Positions 42,001-54,337 of a stretch of 64,000 nt of DNA are shown one piece after another. The notes beneath the pieces were generated by a model, which was given only the letters and a program-made list of their open reading frames with translations, was not told the origin of the DNA and did no database searches. Within the stretch, counting starts at the first letter, position 1. Every line of letters starts with the position of its first letter. The stretch is taken from the NCBI RefSeq assembly GCF_001194135.2, contig NC_069001.1, forward strand, positions 33,585,285 to 33,649,284. The letters are read 5' to 3'. The stretch is from Octopus bimaculoides. Taxonomy: Eukaryota. The position numbers and the translations under genes are program-made.

Positions 42001-43769
42001 AATGAATTGGAATGGAATTTTAGTATGGTTTCTATGGCTGGTTGCTTTTCTTAATACCAACCATTTTGCAGAGTGTACTGGGTGCATTTTCTTCATGGCA
42101 CTAGTAGTGTATATATGTTTGTGTGTTATAGTGATATGTGTATACACTCATTTCTGTTTGACCATCAATCTCAACCAAGAGATGACCTGGACTGATCAAC
42201 ATGAGATCTAATATTTTGTGCATTCTCTGTTTCAGTTAATTTTGTTTGACTATGATAAAGTAGAGCTGGCCAATATGAACAGGCTGTTTTACCAACCTCA
42301 TCAAGCTGGAATGAGTAAAGTTGAAGCAGCTGAGAGAACATTGAAGTACGTTATCTTACCTTTTTTTTCTTTTCTTACATTCAATTTTCTTGCAAATATT
42401 ATTTTGCATAACTGTTGTCCTCGTTTTTGTTGTTATACGGCCACAGTGTCTTTTTATCGTCTGCTTTTTCCCTTATGTTGGAGTAAAGTGAACAAGTCTA
42501 TAATTAAACAAATCAGTTCAAACCATGACTACCCCATCTTATTTCAGGATGAATGGATCACTAAGTGCTAATTTCCTATTTATATTTTAAGACGGTAGGG
42601 TGTGGTTTAAAGAGGATTTGGCTGGGGTTTTTTTCTAGTTTGTGTGGGTATACAGAGACTGCCTTAAAGGATCACAGTCAAGGGCAGTAACTACGTTGCA
42701 TTTGTACTGCTGTTGATACAGCAATGAAAAAGTAAAGAAGATATCAGGAAGTGTTTGTGAGCTGAACAGACTTGATTATCGTCACATTAAATGTTCTCTC
42801 TGTAGTTTTCAATTGTACACAAATTCCCAGGCACAAGACCAGCAGATTTCATTGCTGGGTGAGATTTGGAAGATGAAATATTGAGAAGGAGAAAGTTGGA
42901 GTTATTACAATAATTGACTTGATCTGAGTGATCTATTAGAATATTTATGACTGGTCTTTTTCTGTATAAGTACCTTGTTCTGTCTGTTTGCAGAGAAATC
43001 AATCCTGATGTGCAATTTGAAGTCTTTAATTACAACATTACTACAATGGACAACTTTCAACATTTTATGGACAAAATTAAGTAAGTCTTCTTAAATTTTT
43101 AACATGATGTTTGGGTTTTATCATGGAAAGTAGTATCAGGAGAGTTGCAGGTTAAATGCCTTGCAAGATTTAAAAATGTCATTTTAAATTCTGAGTTCAA
43201 ATTCCAATAAGGTTAACTTTGCTTTTCAATTCTGTAAGGTCAGTAAAATAAATACCAGTCTAATACTAGCATTAATTTAATCGCATGTACTCGAAAAATG
43301 CATAGCCATATGCTAAGTTTAAACACAGCACATCCATTTGAAGTATTATCTCTGGACGAATACTGCAGTAAATTTGCGTTTTCACAATGTATTGATACAC
43401 AGATGGCTAGTTTAATCTACTACTGCTTCTGTTCCATTTAACGGATTTTATTCAGCCTAGTGGCTAATTGCAGCACCAGTGATTGTTCATCATTGTTTTT
43501 CTGTATCATAGCAATGGATTTTGTCTTAGCAGTGAGTACATGGTACTAACAAGTCCCAACAAGGCAGAAATGTACATCTAGCATTCTCACTGGTGGATGA
43601 TTTCTGTCTACTACTGATATATTTGTGTTTCAAGCACAGTCTGTTCATAAGAGATATTATCTCCAGACAAATGCCACAGTAAATTTGCTTTTTCACAATG
43701 TATTTACATTAAATACGATACACAGATAGCTATTTTAATTTACTACTGCTTCTGTTGCATATGACAGAA

Positions 43770-43823
<54 letters not shown>

Positions 43824-46800
43824 CATACACTCAAACATTTGTTTATTTTTTACATCAGAACTGGTGGAAAAACTGAAAATTCTCCTGTGGACTTAGTTCT
43901 GAGTTGTGTTGATAATTTCGAAGCCAGAATGGCTATCAATACTGTAAGTGTCTTTAAACTATTTGTTAAATTCTTGGGAACTTGAGTGCATAGAATTGGC
44001 ACCCTGGGTCTTTAATAAATATTATAATAAATATTTTGTTTTTCATTTGACAGGCTTGTAATGAATTAGGTCAAGTTTGGATAGAGTCTGGAGTAAGTGA
44101 AAATGCTGTGTCTGGACACATTCAGCTTGTCATTCCAGGAGAGACCCCATGCTTTGCTGTAAGTTACTGTAGCTCCTTTTTTCCATTTCATTTTAACATT
44201 CTTTCTAATATCTTTTGTCTTTTGTTTGTGTGTGTGTGTCTAACTTCAAGAATATTTTATATTCTATCTCTTGATACACATCTTTTTATGTCCAACTAAA
44301 ACAAAAAAAACATTAATCTCTTTTACATTTTATAGCTATTTAGTTTTGGAGAGAAAAAAAGACACTGGTACATTTCTACACATAACTCTCAGATTATACT
44401 AGATATGGTTTAAAACAAAAAAAATCATGTTTACTTTTGTCAGTTATGAATAAATTAGTCAGTCATGTTACATTCTGTGCATCTACATGCACACACGTTC
44501 TTGTACACACACACACACATGTGTATGAATATACATACTCATATATGCATACACATGTAAATATAAACTTCATAGTTATGCCGTATAAGTGTTATTTAAG
44601 AAATAATTGTTTGTTTGAATTATATTTTACTTTTGCAGCAGCTAAGGCTATATGATATATTCATGCCATCATGTGTGTGTGTGTATGTTGCTTGTCATGC
44701 TTATTGTTTCTTTTTACTTCAATCAAGTGTGCCCCTCCTTTGGTTGTTGCAACTAAAACTGATGAAAAGACATTAAAGAGAGAGGGTGTATGTGCCGCTA
44801 GCCTTCCTACCACCATGGCAATTGTTGCTGGTTTCCTTGTACAGAATACCTTAAAGTAAGGATTTCTTTTCTCTTTTCTAAAACTGTATCTGCCTACCCT
44901 TATTGTATTACTGGTATTTATTCAATTGAACATACTGAATTTAATGGTCTAGTTAACCTACAGCAACTTTTGAACACAGTTTTGAGAGGTACCTCCTCAG
45001 ACACCCTAAAGTATTTTAGCTGCTGCTCTAGGGTCTTGTACCTACCAATTTACTACTTTAATATCAACTGGTTTTTAAATTTTGCAATGGTTGATGTATA
45101 ACCCTTAGTATAAATACTTCCAATTTAATTGGAGTCTCATCTATGGTACAGCTGAAACCTTAAACTGTAGGAGTTGTATCATGATATAAATGTGAGGAAG
45201 TACAAAACTTTAGCTGCACTATAAGGTGTATACTAAGGCTTAAAATAGCCAAACTATAGATGTTTCAGTAAGATCTGAACTTTTCATTGTAGTCAGTAAT
45301 CTATCAGCCTTTGTCTTTTACAAGCAATTTTCGTAATTGCATTAATTGATAGAGCATTTTGTTTTTATGATTTTTTTGTCTTTAGAAACTGATTACTTCT
45401 CCGGTTTAATATTGGCTCAGTTTGTGATGTGTGAGTAAACTGTAAAACTAATAAGTAATTTATTTCACATAGAGGTTAGAGGTGAAATAGATAGAATTAA
45501 ATGTCTGGATTTTCTGATCAATTATTCAAAATGTTGTATATTTTTTCCTGAGAAATTCATGACATTTATATCTCTTCCAAAAACTTCACTGACACAAGTG
45601 AAGGGAAATGGCTTCTACCAGGAATTTAAAACAGAACATCTACATTGCTCACCAAATACTGTTTTGCATAACTTAAAGGTTTCCAGTTTCAACTCTACCT
45701 TTTGGTATCATTCAATTTATAAGAAATAGCAGCCAAATCTTTTCTTTCCATCTTATATCAAGAAAGGACACATAAGATAAATGAAGCTCAAGACTTGGCC
45801 ATAAAAGAGAGAGGGTGGTCATAACTGGAATGTCTTTAAATATTATTTCATGATCCGGGTTGACTTGGGGATGTGCAACAACTCTTCCATTATCATAAAG
45901 CAATATGATTCTATGCAGGCATGGCAATCTTTTTCAAGGAGTGGATCCATGAAACAGGGCTCTTCATCAGGCAGGCTATATTACTAAAAAGATTCAAGTG
46001 CAGGCTGCAGTTTGCCCATAACTGCTCAACCTGATAAACAAACCTTCAAATCACATTCTACCATCGCCTAAAAAGGAAGGGTCATTGGATAGTCACTGAA
46101 AGAAAGACAAGAAAATCACAACTAGAACAGCTTTTATTATTTTTGCTCAATCACGGCTGATTTGGAACTAAATAACAACAAATCTATTATCATTTCAAAA
46201 ATGGATTTGTTGTTTATTCATATTTATTCGATTTACACAGATATCTCTTGAAATTTGGAACAGTCACTCCTTACCTTGGCTACAATGCTCTTGAAGACTT
46301 TTTTCCAACAATGAGTATGAAACCAAACCCTCAGTGTGATGATAGATTCTGTCTTAAACAACAAGAAGAATATAAGGTGAGAACACGTCTCAGTGATAAT
46401 AATATAAAATAAAAGATTAATTAAAGTGCCTCTGTGTAGATACTCAACCTGCTAAAAAAAGCAGCTAAGATTCCCTCAAATCAAACCTCACTGTCTTAGA
46501 AAAGGACACATAGAGTAATTTGGCTTTGTGCTCCCTTTTTCAAATTACACTATCATTTTAAGGAAAACAACACATTAGATAATGTAGTTCTACACACTCT
46601 TAAAAGTATGAGATGATTATGGCTGGAATGATTTTAACCTGACCTGGTTAAAAGAAACTAATCACTCTATTTATCCTCGTTCTAAATAAACTTGTTACTT
46701 TACTCTTACTCTACAGACAGTCTGCACTACAAGAAAGTTAATTATACATATACTCTTTAATTCACTGCTTGTATGAAATCAGTAAGGTTTAGTTAATGTT

Positions 46801-48627
46801 TCATTGTTTCCTTATTTCCAGAAAAGAGAAGCTTTGAAACCAAAAGAAGTTTTACTTGAAGTAGAAGAGTCTCCAGTTGAACATGAAGAAAATGAATGGA
46901 GTAAGTTAAGTTCAATGTCATGTAAAATTTGGAGTATATTTCTCCCACTTTTACTAATTTTAAATTTTGTTTTGTTATATTCTGTGAAAAGTCTTTGAAG
47001 TTAAAATGTATGTGTTTATATATGACAGTTGGTGTGTTGTTTGTATGAAACATATAAAAAATATTCAGTTTTAATATTCAGTGATAGAAAACTATCAAGT
47101 GGTAGAAATACCAGATTAAATGTTTTACACTTATTAGTTTTCTCCCTGTGTTATTATTCTGAGTTCTAATTTTGATAGGATCAATTTTTTTTTTGCTCTT
47201 CTTTCATCCAGAGGCAGATAAATAATACACAAGTTGATTCAATTCATTAGACTCCTCAAATTTATAGCTTTGTGTTATTGTAAAGAGAGGGGAAAAAATA
47301 AACAAAACAAAACAATCAAAACAAGGTATAGGCACAAGGCTATAAATGTTGGGGTAGGGTATAGTTGATTAAATCACCCCTAGTATTTGACCAATACTCT
47401 AATTCACTGATCCCAGAAGAATAAATGTAGGGTCATCCTCTGTTGAATTTGAACTCTGAATGTTGATTGTTAACACATACTTCAAGATACTTTGTTCAAC
47501 ACTTTATTGATTTTACTAATCCACAGTTCTAATTAATAAATCAATCAATAATAATAATGATGATGGTTTCTAATATTGATGATGATAATGATATTAAGGT
47601 AATATAAGATTTCTTCTTTAATTCCCCAGAAATAGAACTGGTGTCTGAAACAAGTGAAGAGGAGCTGAAGGCAGCTACAGGAGACACACCAATTCTTAGT
47701 GAAGGACTCAAGTTGGCATATACTGTTCCAGATAACAACGTAAGAACAGTTTAAGATATTCCCCTTTGTTCTTCACATGTTAATTTAACTATAATGATGT
47801 TGTTAAAGGACTTTACAATTTGTAGATGAATTATTTGTTAAGGGAGAAAGAGTTAGAGACCTACAATGACATGACCCTTTTTGTTAGTAACACAGCTAAG
47901 ATCACCTCAAACTTTTCAAGCTATGTTCCAAAAACCAGAATAACAATAAATTCAATTAGTTTATTAAATCCTTCCAAATTATCTCCAAAATTAATTTGGA
48001 AAACATAAGTAGTGTATTTTATCAGAAATATGATTATGAAAGGGTTAAGTGTACTCAGCTGAATTTCATTGGATGATGATCAAGACTTTTACATTCTTTT
48101 TATTATCACAAGTGTGGTTGTTTAGTGCCGTGGAACATCTATGATCAAATGTGCTCCAGTTTTGTCCATTATTCTTTTGTTTCTAGGTATTGTATATCTG
48201 TGACCCCCATTATCTACCCCATCAGATAAATTTCTTCAAAATGCTTAGATACATTTGGGATGAAGTGATGACAAGAATAAAGTTAGGTTTTTCAGTTTAC
48301 TGTCATGATCAAGAAAAACAAGACAAATGGACTTTGTCCATCTTTAGTACTTTTTTCTAATTTCTTTTGACTCCTCAAAGTAAAAATTACACACAACTAA
48401 TTACAAAATTTTTTTTTTCCTTAGATGTACACTCATACTTAACCAAATAATAACCTAAAATATTTCTCTCCCCCTCTCTGTGTCTTATTTTCATCTGATA
48501 ATTCTATAGTCATCATAAAAATGTTTTTTTTTACTGGCTTTTATTTCAGACATCAGGAAAAGATGCAACTGTTGAAACATCAGGAGTTAGCATAGACGAC
48601 TTAATGTCTCAGCTGAAGTCTATGTAG
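38943..48627 (+). CDS. UBA5: Ubiquitin-like modifier-activating enzyme 5 (UFM1 E1), whole gene, 12 coding exons, 398 aa
   Basis: Manual splicing of exons of 143+46+90+110+87+85+105+128+136+79+110+78 = 1197 nt gives one open frame from ATG 38943 to TAG 48625-27. Hallmarks: [93 protein letters not shown]. Confidence 0.97.
40711..40756 (+). CDS. UBA5: UBA5 exon 2 ([16 protein letters not shown])
   Basis: Acceptor ccctcaacag, donor GAG|gtgagt, 46 nt. Confidence 0.95.
41582..41671 (+). CDS. UBA5: UBA5 exon 3 ([30 protein letters not shown]), ATP-binding GxGxxG
   Basis: Acceptor ttttttccag, donor AAG|gtattt, 90 nt. Confidence 0.96.
42236..42345 (+). CDS. UBA5: UBA5 exon 4 ([36 protein letters not shown])
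   Basis: Acceptor tctctgtttcag, donor AA|gtacgt, 110 nt. Confidence 0.96.
42994..43080 (+). CDS. UBA5: UBA5 exon 5 ([28 protein letters not shown])
   Basis: Acceptor tgtttgcag, donor AA|gtaagt, 87 nt. Confidence 0.95.
43859..43943 (+). CDS. UBA5: UBA5 exon 6 ([28 protein letters not shown])
   Basis: Acceptor tttttacatcag, donor ACT|gtaagt, 85 nt. Confidence 0.95.
44054..44158 (+). CDS. UBA5: UBA5 exon 7 ([35 protein letters not shown])
   Basis: Acceptor tttgacag, donor GCT|gtaagt, 105 nt. Confidence 0.96.
44728..44855 (+). CDS. UBA5: UBA5 exon 8 ([42 protein letters not shown]); catalytic Cys codon at 44791-44793
   Basis: Acceptor tacttcaatcaag (AAG), donor AA|gtaagg, 128 nt. Catalytic C244 corresponds to human C250. 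Confidence 0.95.
46241..46376 (+). CDS. UBA5: UBA5 exon 9 ([45 protein letters not shown])
   Basis: Acceptor atttacacag, donor AAG|gtgaga, 136 nt; carries two Zn-ligand cysteines. Confidence 0.96.
46822..46900 (+). CDS. UBA5: UBA5 exon 10 ([26 protein letters not shown])
   Basis: Acceptor cttatttccag, donor TGGA|gtaagt, 79 nt. Confidence 0.92.
47630..47739 (+). CDS. UBA5: UBA5 exon 11 ([37 protein letters not shown])
   Basis: Acceptor ttaattccccag, donor AAC|gtaaga, 110 nt; completes the UFM1/GABARAP-binding motif. Confidence 0.9.
48550..48627 (+). CDS. UBA5: UBA5 exon 12 ([25 protein letters not shown]), UFC1-binding helix
   Basis: Acceptor tttatttcag; C-terminus matches the human SLEDLMAKMKNM pattern; stop TAG. 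Confidence 0.92.
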   Translation, partial: TSGKDATVETSGVSIDDLMSQLKSM

Positions 48628-50794
48628 TTGTTGTTGCTCACCACTTTATGATAAATGAAATACAAAACCTGTCCATTGAACACCAGAACTGATTCGATTG
48701 TGCTGAATACATGGCTCTTTGAAATGATGTTCCAAGACCATTCTTAATTTCTCTGAGTTACAATAATTTGTAATATATATTTATACAGTTGTGATCATAA
48801 TTTTAAAATGAATGCTACTGAGGTATTCATGTGTTACTATCTACAAGTTATGCTGTGCATGACTTTTACATTCCTAAACGCCAGTTTGATGATAACTACT
48901 ATTCTTGCCAATTTGGAATGCAAGCATAAAATGAAGATGATGATCAACACCAAAACCAGTGGACAACCAAAAGGGTACCAAGGGTATCTTTCTGACTATA
49001 CGCACGCATACATGTATATGTGCTTATTCGAAAATATTTTCTTCAATTTATAACGTAAGTTATTTAACTAATTTATAAAATTGGAAGAGGGTGAAGAATC
49101 AGTTGGACTTGAGAAAATATCCAACTGAAAATTATGCTTCTGTATTCCTGCATTAACTAATGAAAAAACCTGGGCAACAGGTCTTGTCTAAAAACTTGCT
49201 GTCATGGTTGTATCAACCTGTAGTCTTTTTTAAGTTGTTCATTAATATGTTTTCAGTTTCTTACATCTATTCTATTGTAATCTTCTCAGTTGCTAACTTG
49301 GCTTTTAAATCCTTCAGCTGTACTTTAAAGAAAGTTCACCGTATGGCTAACAGATCTGGTAGGTGTTTCTGAAAAGTAAGTCTCTCATTAAATGTTTGCC
49401 ACAAAATCATTGTCAATTCTATGACGACTTACATCAGTATAATATAATGTCTTTAACAATTCACACATATACACAAACATTTGGTTGGTTGAGAATTGAT
49501 TTCTCCCATTTACAATGTCTTCATATTCCAGCAGAATAAAATCAACTGTTTTTACCCTATCGAAGAGGGGAATTAACAGATGTTATTGCTTGGCAAAAAT
49601 AAAATAAAAATGACCAGGCAACTGTAATACACCTGATTATACATTTAGAATGTTATATATATCAGTGGAGGAGTATGTGGATCATACAGGAAGGTCAACA
49701 TTCTCACAATACCATTGATATATATCATTTACAAAAGAAAGGCATATGCCTTTTTTTTTTCCTTAGGTAATGTTAGATCATATGTAGCTTATCTTATTCA
49801 CCCAATTAAAATTCTTAATTGAATTTGCCTGCACTGTATAATTTTCTTAGTTTTTACTTAAAGCCGGTCATTACCAGCTGAGTTGAACTAATATTTTTCT
49901 CAACAGCACTAGAATTATGGATATATTTGTTCAATATGCATTATTTTAAAAACCTGCAAACTGTATGAATTATTTCAGGAATAAAAGTAAATCTTTCTTC
50001 AGTAAAAAAATATGGAAATTTCTCTCCACAAAACAATACAAAAAAAAGGGACAAAGCTACAAAAATCTAACAAAGTATTCTATCTTTTTAGGGGTGTAGA
50101 GGACAACATTGTCTAATATGATCTTTTTTATCCCAAGATAGTAACGTGATGTATGAGAGATTTGGCTGCTATTCTTAGCAGGTCAAGAAAACATGTAAAA
50201 GCACACTTATGGGTAGATAAATCTGATGTCAAAGGGATGCGGGGTTTAATCACAAAGTGGGTTGGCTTCAAAACTCCAAATTATAACCTGCCAAGCAACA
50301 AGATGATTAAATAATCTAGAATAATTATGATTTTATTGTTATTATATAATTCGCATGAAGATTAGCTACCTGACAGATATGGATCTAAAACTTCCAATAT
50401 TGGGTGTTTATTTGATCGGAGATTTGTTAGAGTTTGCTAATTAAGGAAAGTTCCACAGCAGTTCACTCGCTGAATGTAATGTGAAGCATGATTTTCACCC
50501 ACATCCTTTCTTTCAATGTCATCTCAATTGTTATAAATAAAACATATCAACCAGATACAGTTTAAAGGAAGTTTCTGGTAAATTGAAGTTGGATTGGATT
50601 TCACTTCACTGAAGCCATTAAAGTTTTTGCTAAAGGCATACAGTGCAGCTTCCATTTTACTTCCCCAATGAAGTGATTATGTATTATGTGGAAAAGGAAT
50701 ACATAGGAATTCTATACAGGTGGCTAATGCCATCTGTGGTGCAGTGGGATTTCAGAAAGGCTAGCAGATACACAGTAATTAACAACCCTTTCTG

Positions 50795-51000
50795 CTATAG
50801 GCACAAGGCCTGGAATTTTGGTGGGGAAGGGGTTAGTCAATTACATTGACCCTAGTGTTCAACAGGTACTTATTCTATCCTAACTCTGAAAGGATGAAAG
50901 GTAAAGTTGACTGTGGTGGAATTTGAACTCAAGAACATAAAGATGGACAAAATGCTACTATGCATTTTACCCAATAAGCTAATGATTCTGCCAGCTTTGA
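50795..51000 (-). mobile_element. tRNA-derived SINE, CpG-decayed
   Basis: Same core but gttgactgtggtgg, aacataaagatggaca, aatgattc. Confidence 0.75.
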
Positions 51001-51239
51001 CACCTTACAACAATAATAATAAAAACAACCATGAAATGCAATCTTTCAACTGTCTAAAAATTTTACTAAAAATAATTGACAGCTTCTGTTTCTAAATCAA
51101 TAGTGGAGGTGGATATTGTGAAAATTTAGTAACCAGAATTCAGATGGGGAGGGAAAAGTTGGGTCAATTATTACTTCTGTTGGCAACAAAGTTTTCTCTG
51201 AGTGAATGGGTAGGTTGTATGATGCTTGGGTGTGAAGTG

Positions 51240-51575
51240 TGACATTGCATCATATCATTGCATGGTGGGCATAGAATATAGAGGCAGTGTGATTGCTGGA
51301 AGATTAAGAGACATGAATAATGTCAATGTGCATGACTGATGGTGCATATGTGAGATGACAGAAGGTAATAATGAATAGCAGAGGAGTCAGCTGCAAGAAA
51401 ACAATGCTTTTATGTACATGTGATGCATATGAAGGATAACAACTGGACTCCGAAGGCTCAGGTGATCCAAGCTGAAGGAGCCTACAGAAGAGGATGACAA
51501 GTAATGAAATACTGTGCCAGAGGAGACCCATCTAACTCATGCCAAGATGGAAAAACAGACATAAAATGATGAGGT
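51240..51575 (+). mobile_element. Decayed RTE-type LINE 3' end
   Basis: HVMHMKD-like motif (GHVxRM) and an RTE-like tail gacccatctaactcatgccaagatggaaaaacagacataaaatgatga. Confidence 0.45.
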
Positions 51576-53035
51576 AGTCATCGTTGAATCACTCTTAATA
51601 ATGAACAGTCCTACAATGGCTTGAGTATAAATCTGACAATTTAACAATATCTCTAAGCAACAAATATCAAAGAAATAAATAATAAATGCTGGAAACAAAA
51701 TTATGAAGAAATATTTATTAAAAAATAGTTGTTAAGAAATACCGCCAAAAAATGTTGCAGCAAAATTTCTGTGGAGGTGGTCACATTAAAGGAGATTCGT
51801 TGAAAATAGGAGAAAAAAAATAATTATAATCTAAGGCATTTTACTTTTTTGGCTTAAAGTGAAAGAAAACAATTTTTTTTTTTTAATGTTAGTGTAGAGA
51901 AAAAGAAAGCATTTTTATTTTACTTCTGTGTATGCAAGAGAATATAGTTGAATTCCTAACATAACAGTTTATTTTTTCCTATTCTGAATCCAATATAATT
52001 TAGAAATAAACTACAATAGTTTAAAACTAATAAACATGTGAACACATGCTCCAGCATATAAAGTTTATGAAGAAAATATATAATTAATATACATGTCTCT
52101 GTTCTTTTTTTTAACATTAATGTTATTAAACTACAAACGAGCCAACTTGTTCCAGCAGCCAACATTCCATTGTAAATCACAGTGTTTGTTTCAACAGCTC
52201 TCTGATTTCAACTAAACCATGAAATATTACAAAATATTTGTGAGGGGGGGGGGNNNNNNNNNNNNNNNNNGGGGTTGATATAATTTAATCAGGGATGGAG
52301 GGGCAGTGGCCATGATCTGTGCAGGCCTCACTCACAAACTGATATTCACAGTCCTGGTAAGAAAGAATAAGGGATATTTGTTCCATGCAGGGCCTGGGAG
52401 GTGAGATCTAGTAAAAGTGTCAGGAAAATGAGAGACAGTTGTGTCTGGGAGGAGAGGATATACAACTAACAGTTTTGAAGCTCATAGGCCATTGTAGTAG
52501 CAACAGAAGAGGAAAATGCACATCTGTGAGACTAGGATTGCAGCAGGTTGCTAAACGAATCATTACCATGCTATTCACTGTCCTTCTTTTGGTTGCAGTC
52601 TAGGATGCATATACGTCCAGCAGCAGTAGCACTGTCCAAAATATATGTGAGTAGTTCTCCAAATATTCAGAGAGAGAGAGAATGCATGTGTGATTGTTAT
52701 TTTATAAGTGAATTGAATTTTTAAAATTGAGTATATTTTTAATGTTAACCTATTGTTTCCACTGTCGGTTTATCCTTCATTTAGTCTTGGGGTAGAAGTG
52801 TCAATTGTTTTATGCTGAAGACTGACTGAGGTCAAGTAGAGTACAATACTTTAATTAGAAATTGACAGTAGAAAGACAACAAAAAAAACTAAAAACAAGC
52901 TGATCAAAGTCTATTTGAAATTAAATCTTGTGTTGAAAAAATAGTAAAAATGGAAAAGTAAAAACCTTTTTCTTAGTTATTATAAAGTGTTAGTAACAAA
53001 TACTTGCAATATAGAGAATATTTATGTATAAGAAA

Positions 53036-53235
53036 TATAAGGCCTGAAATTTGTGGGGAGGGGACAAGTCAATTACATTGACTCCAGTGTTCCACTGGTA
53101 CTTATGTTATCGATGGCAAAAAGATGAAAGGCAAAGTTGACCTTGGTGGCATTTGAACTAAGAATGTGAAGCCAGAAGAAATGCTGCAAAGCATTTTGTC
53201 CAGCATGGTAATGGTGCCACCAGCTCACTGCCTTG
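53036..53235 (-). mobile_element. tRNA-derived SINE, CpG-decayed
   Basis: gttgaccttggtggcatttgaactaagaatgtg, against gtcgacctcggc in upstream copies. Confidence 0.75.
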
Positions 53236-54337
53236 ATTAATAATATTAGTGAGCTTAAGGTGCTGCACAGCTAACCTCATGGTTATGAGTTCAAACTTCA
53301 GGGCAACACAAACCTCTACTTGCCTCAGGTTTAAACTCAGCATTATTAAATCATATTAGAATGATTTAGCAGAAGGGTCTCTCCAAGTGTGAAGAACAAC
53401 TGCTACCATTAAAAAAAAAATACTGTTGCAGCCATGCTACTATGCAAAGTTACTGTGAAACTGCAATATAGATGTATGTATGTTTGTGTTAATAATATTT
53501 TTATGATTTAGAGATAGCTTACATCCATTCATTCACTGTCAAAAGAGGAAATCAAACTACACTGACATGCATACGAGTAATTGATAGGAAAAAATACAAC
53601 TTGAGTAGTCATAAACAGCTAAAATCTCCATGACAAGTCATTTAGCATGAATTCAGTCCGCACCAAATTAGTCCAATAAAGTTGGAAGGAAGATATTTGC
53701 TGCATGGTTGGGTCCACAAAAGATGATCAAATTGATAGTGTTGTTCTTGTGGACACTATTACTCCTCCTCAGAGATGCTGACCATTGTAAGTGCAATGGT
53801 TAATAATGATGGAATTTCTTGTCCCAATTTCCAAGCCAGGTCAAAGAAGAAGATTAAAGTGAGATTTACTTCTTTGGCAAACAGATTATAATCAAAACTA
53901 TCAAACACCAAAGATATCATTAAGGCAAATACCATATTCCAATGTTGAAATTCAAGTGATATGCAGTTAAGGCAGTTACAAAAAGTGAATGATCCCCAAA
54001 AGGTACTTGGAGACCTTCCTTAAATGGGGAAACCAAAAGTCCGGATCTTCAGAGCACTGAAAAAAAACAAGAAACAAGGTAAGTGGAATAGATGATATAT
54101 GACAAAGAATTTCATTGGTTTAATAACAGAAAAACTTTTGCAGATCCTTTGTTTCCAGACTCCCATGAAAATAAAAGTATTTACTTATATGTTTAATTTT
54201 CAGATGAAAAAGTAAATATATTTTTGTTTACCAAAAATATGAGGCCAAAAGTAGAAAATAAAACTATTAAGGAATGAAGACATAGTGGGCAGTTGGGTGA
54301 TAGCTAGTTACTACATCCAGTGAGGTACTGAAGTTAG

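Noticed and set aside
48800-49620. Possible minus-strand gene convergent with UBA5 (acceptor- and donor-like sites near 49370 and 49590)
   Set aside because: Every candidate exon has in-frame stops in all frames; more likely UBA5 3'UTR or flank (AATAAA at 49535 is one candidate signal).
53690-54080. Possible RTE RT remnant, and a strong + strand donor at 54079
   Set aside because: Only faint similarity (KVRIFRA-like) and no supporting acceptor or frame; too weak to call.
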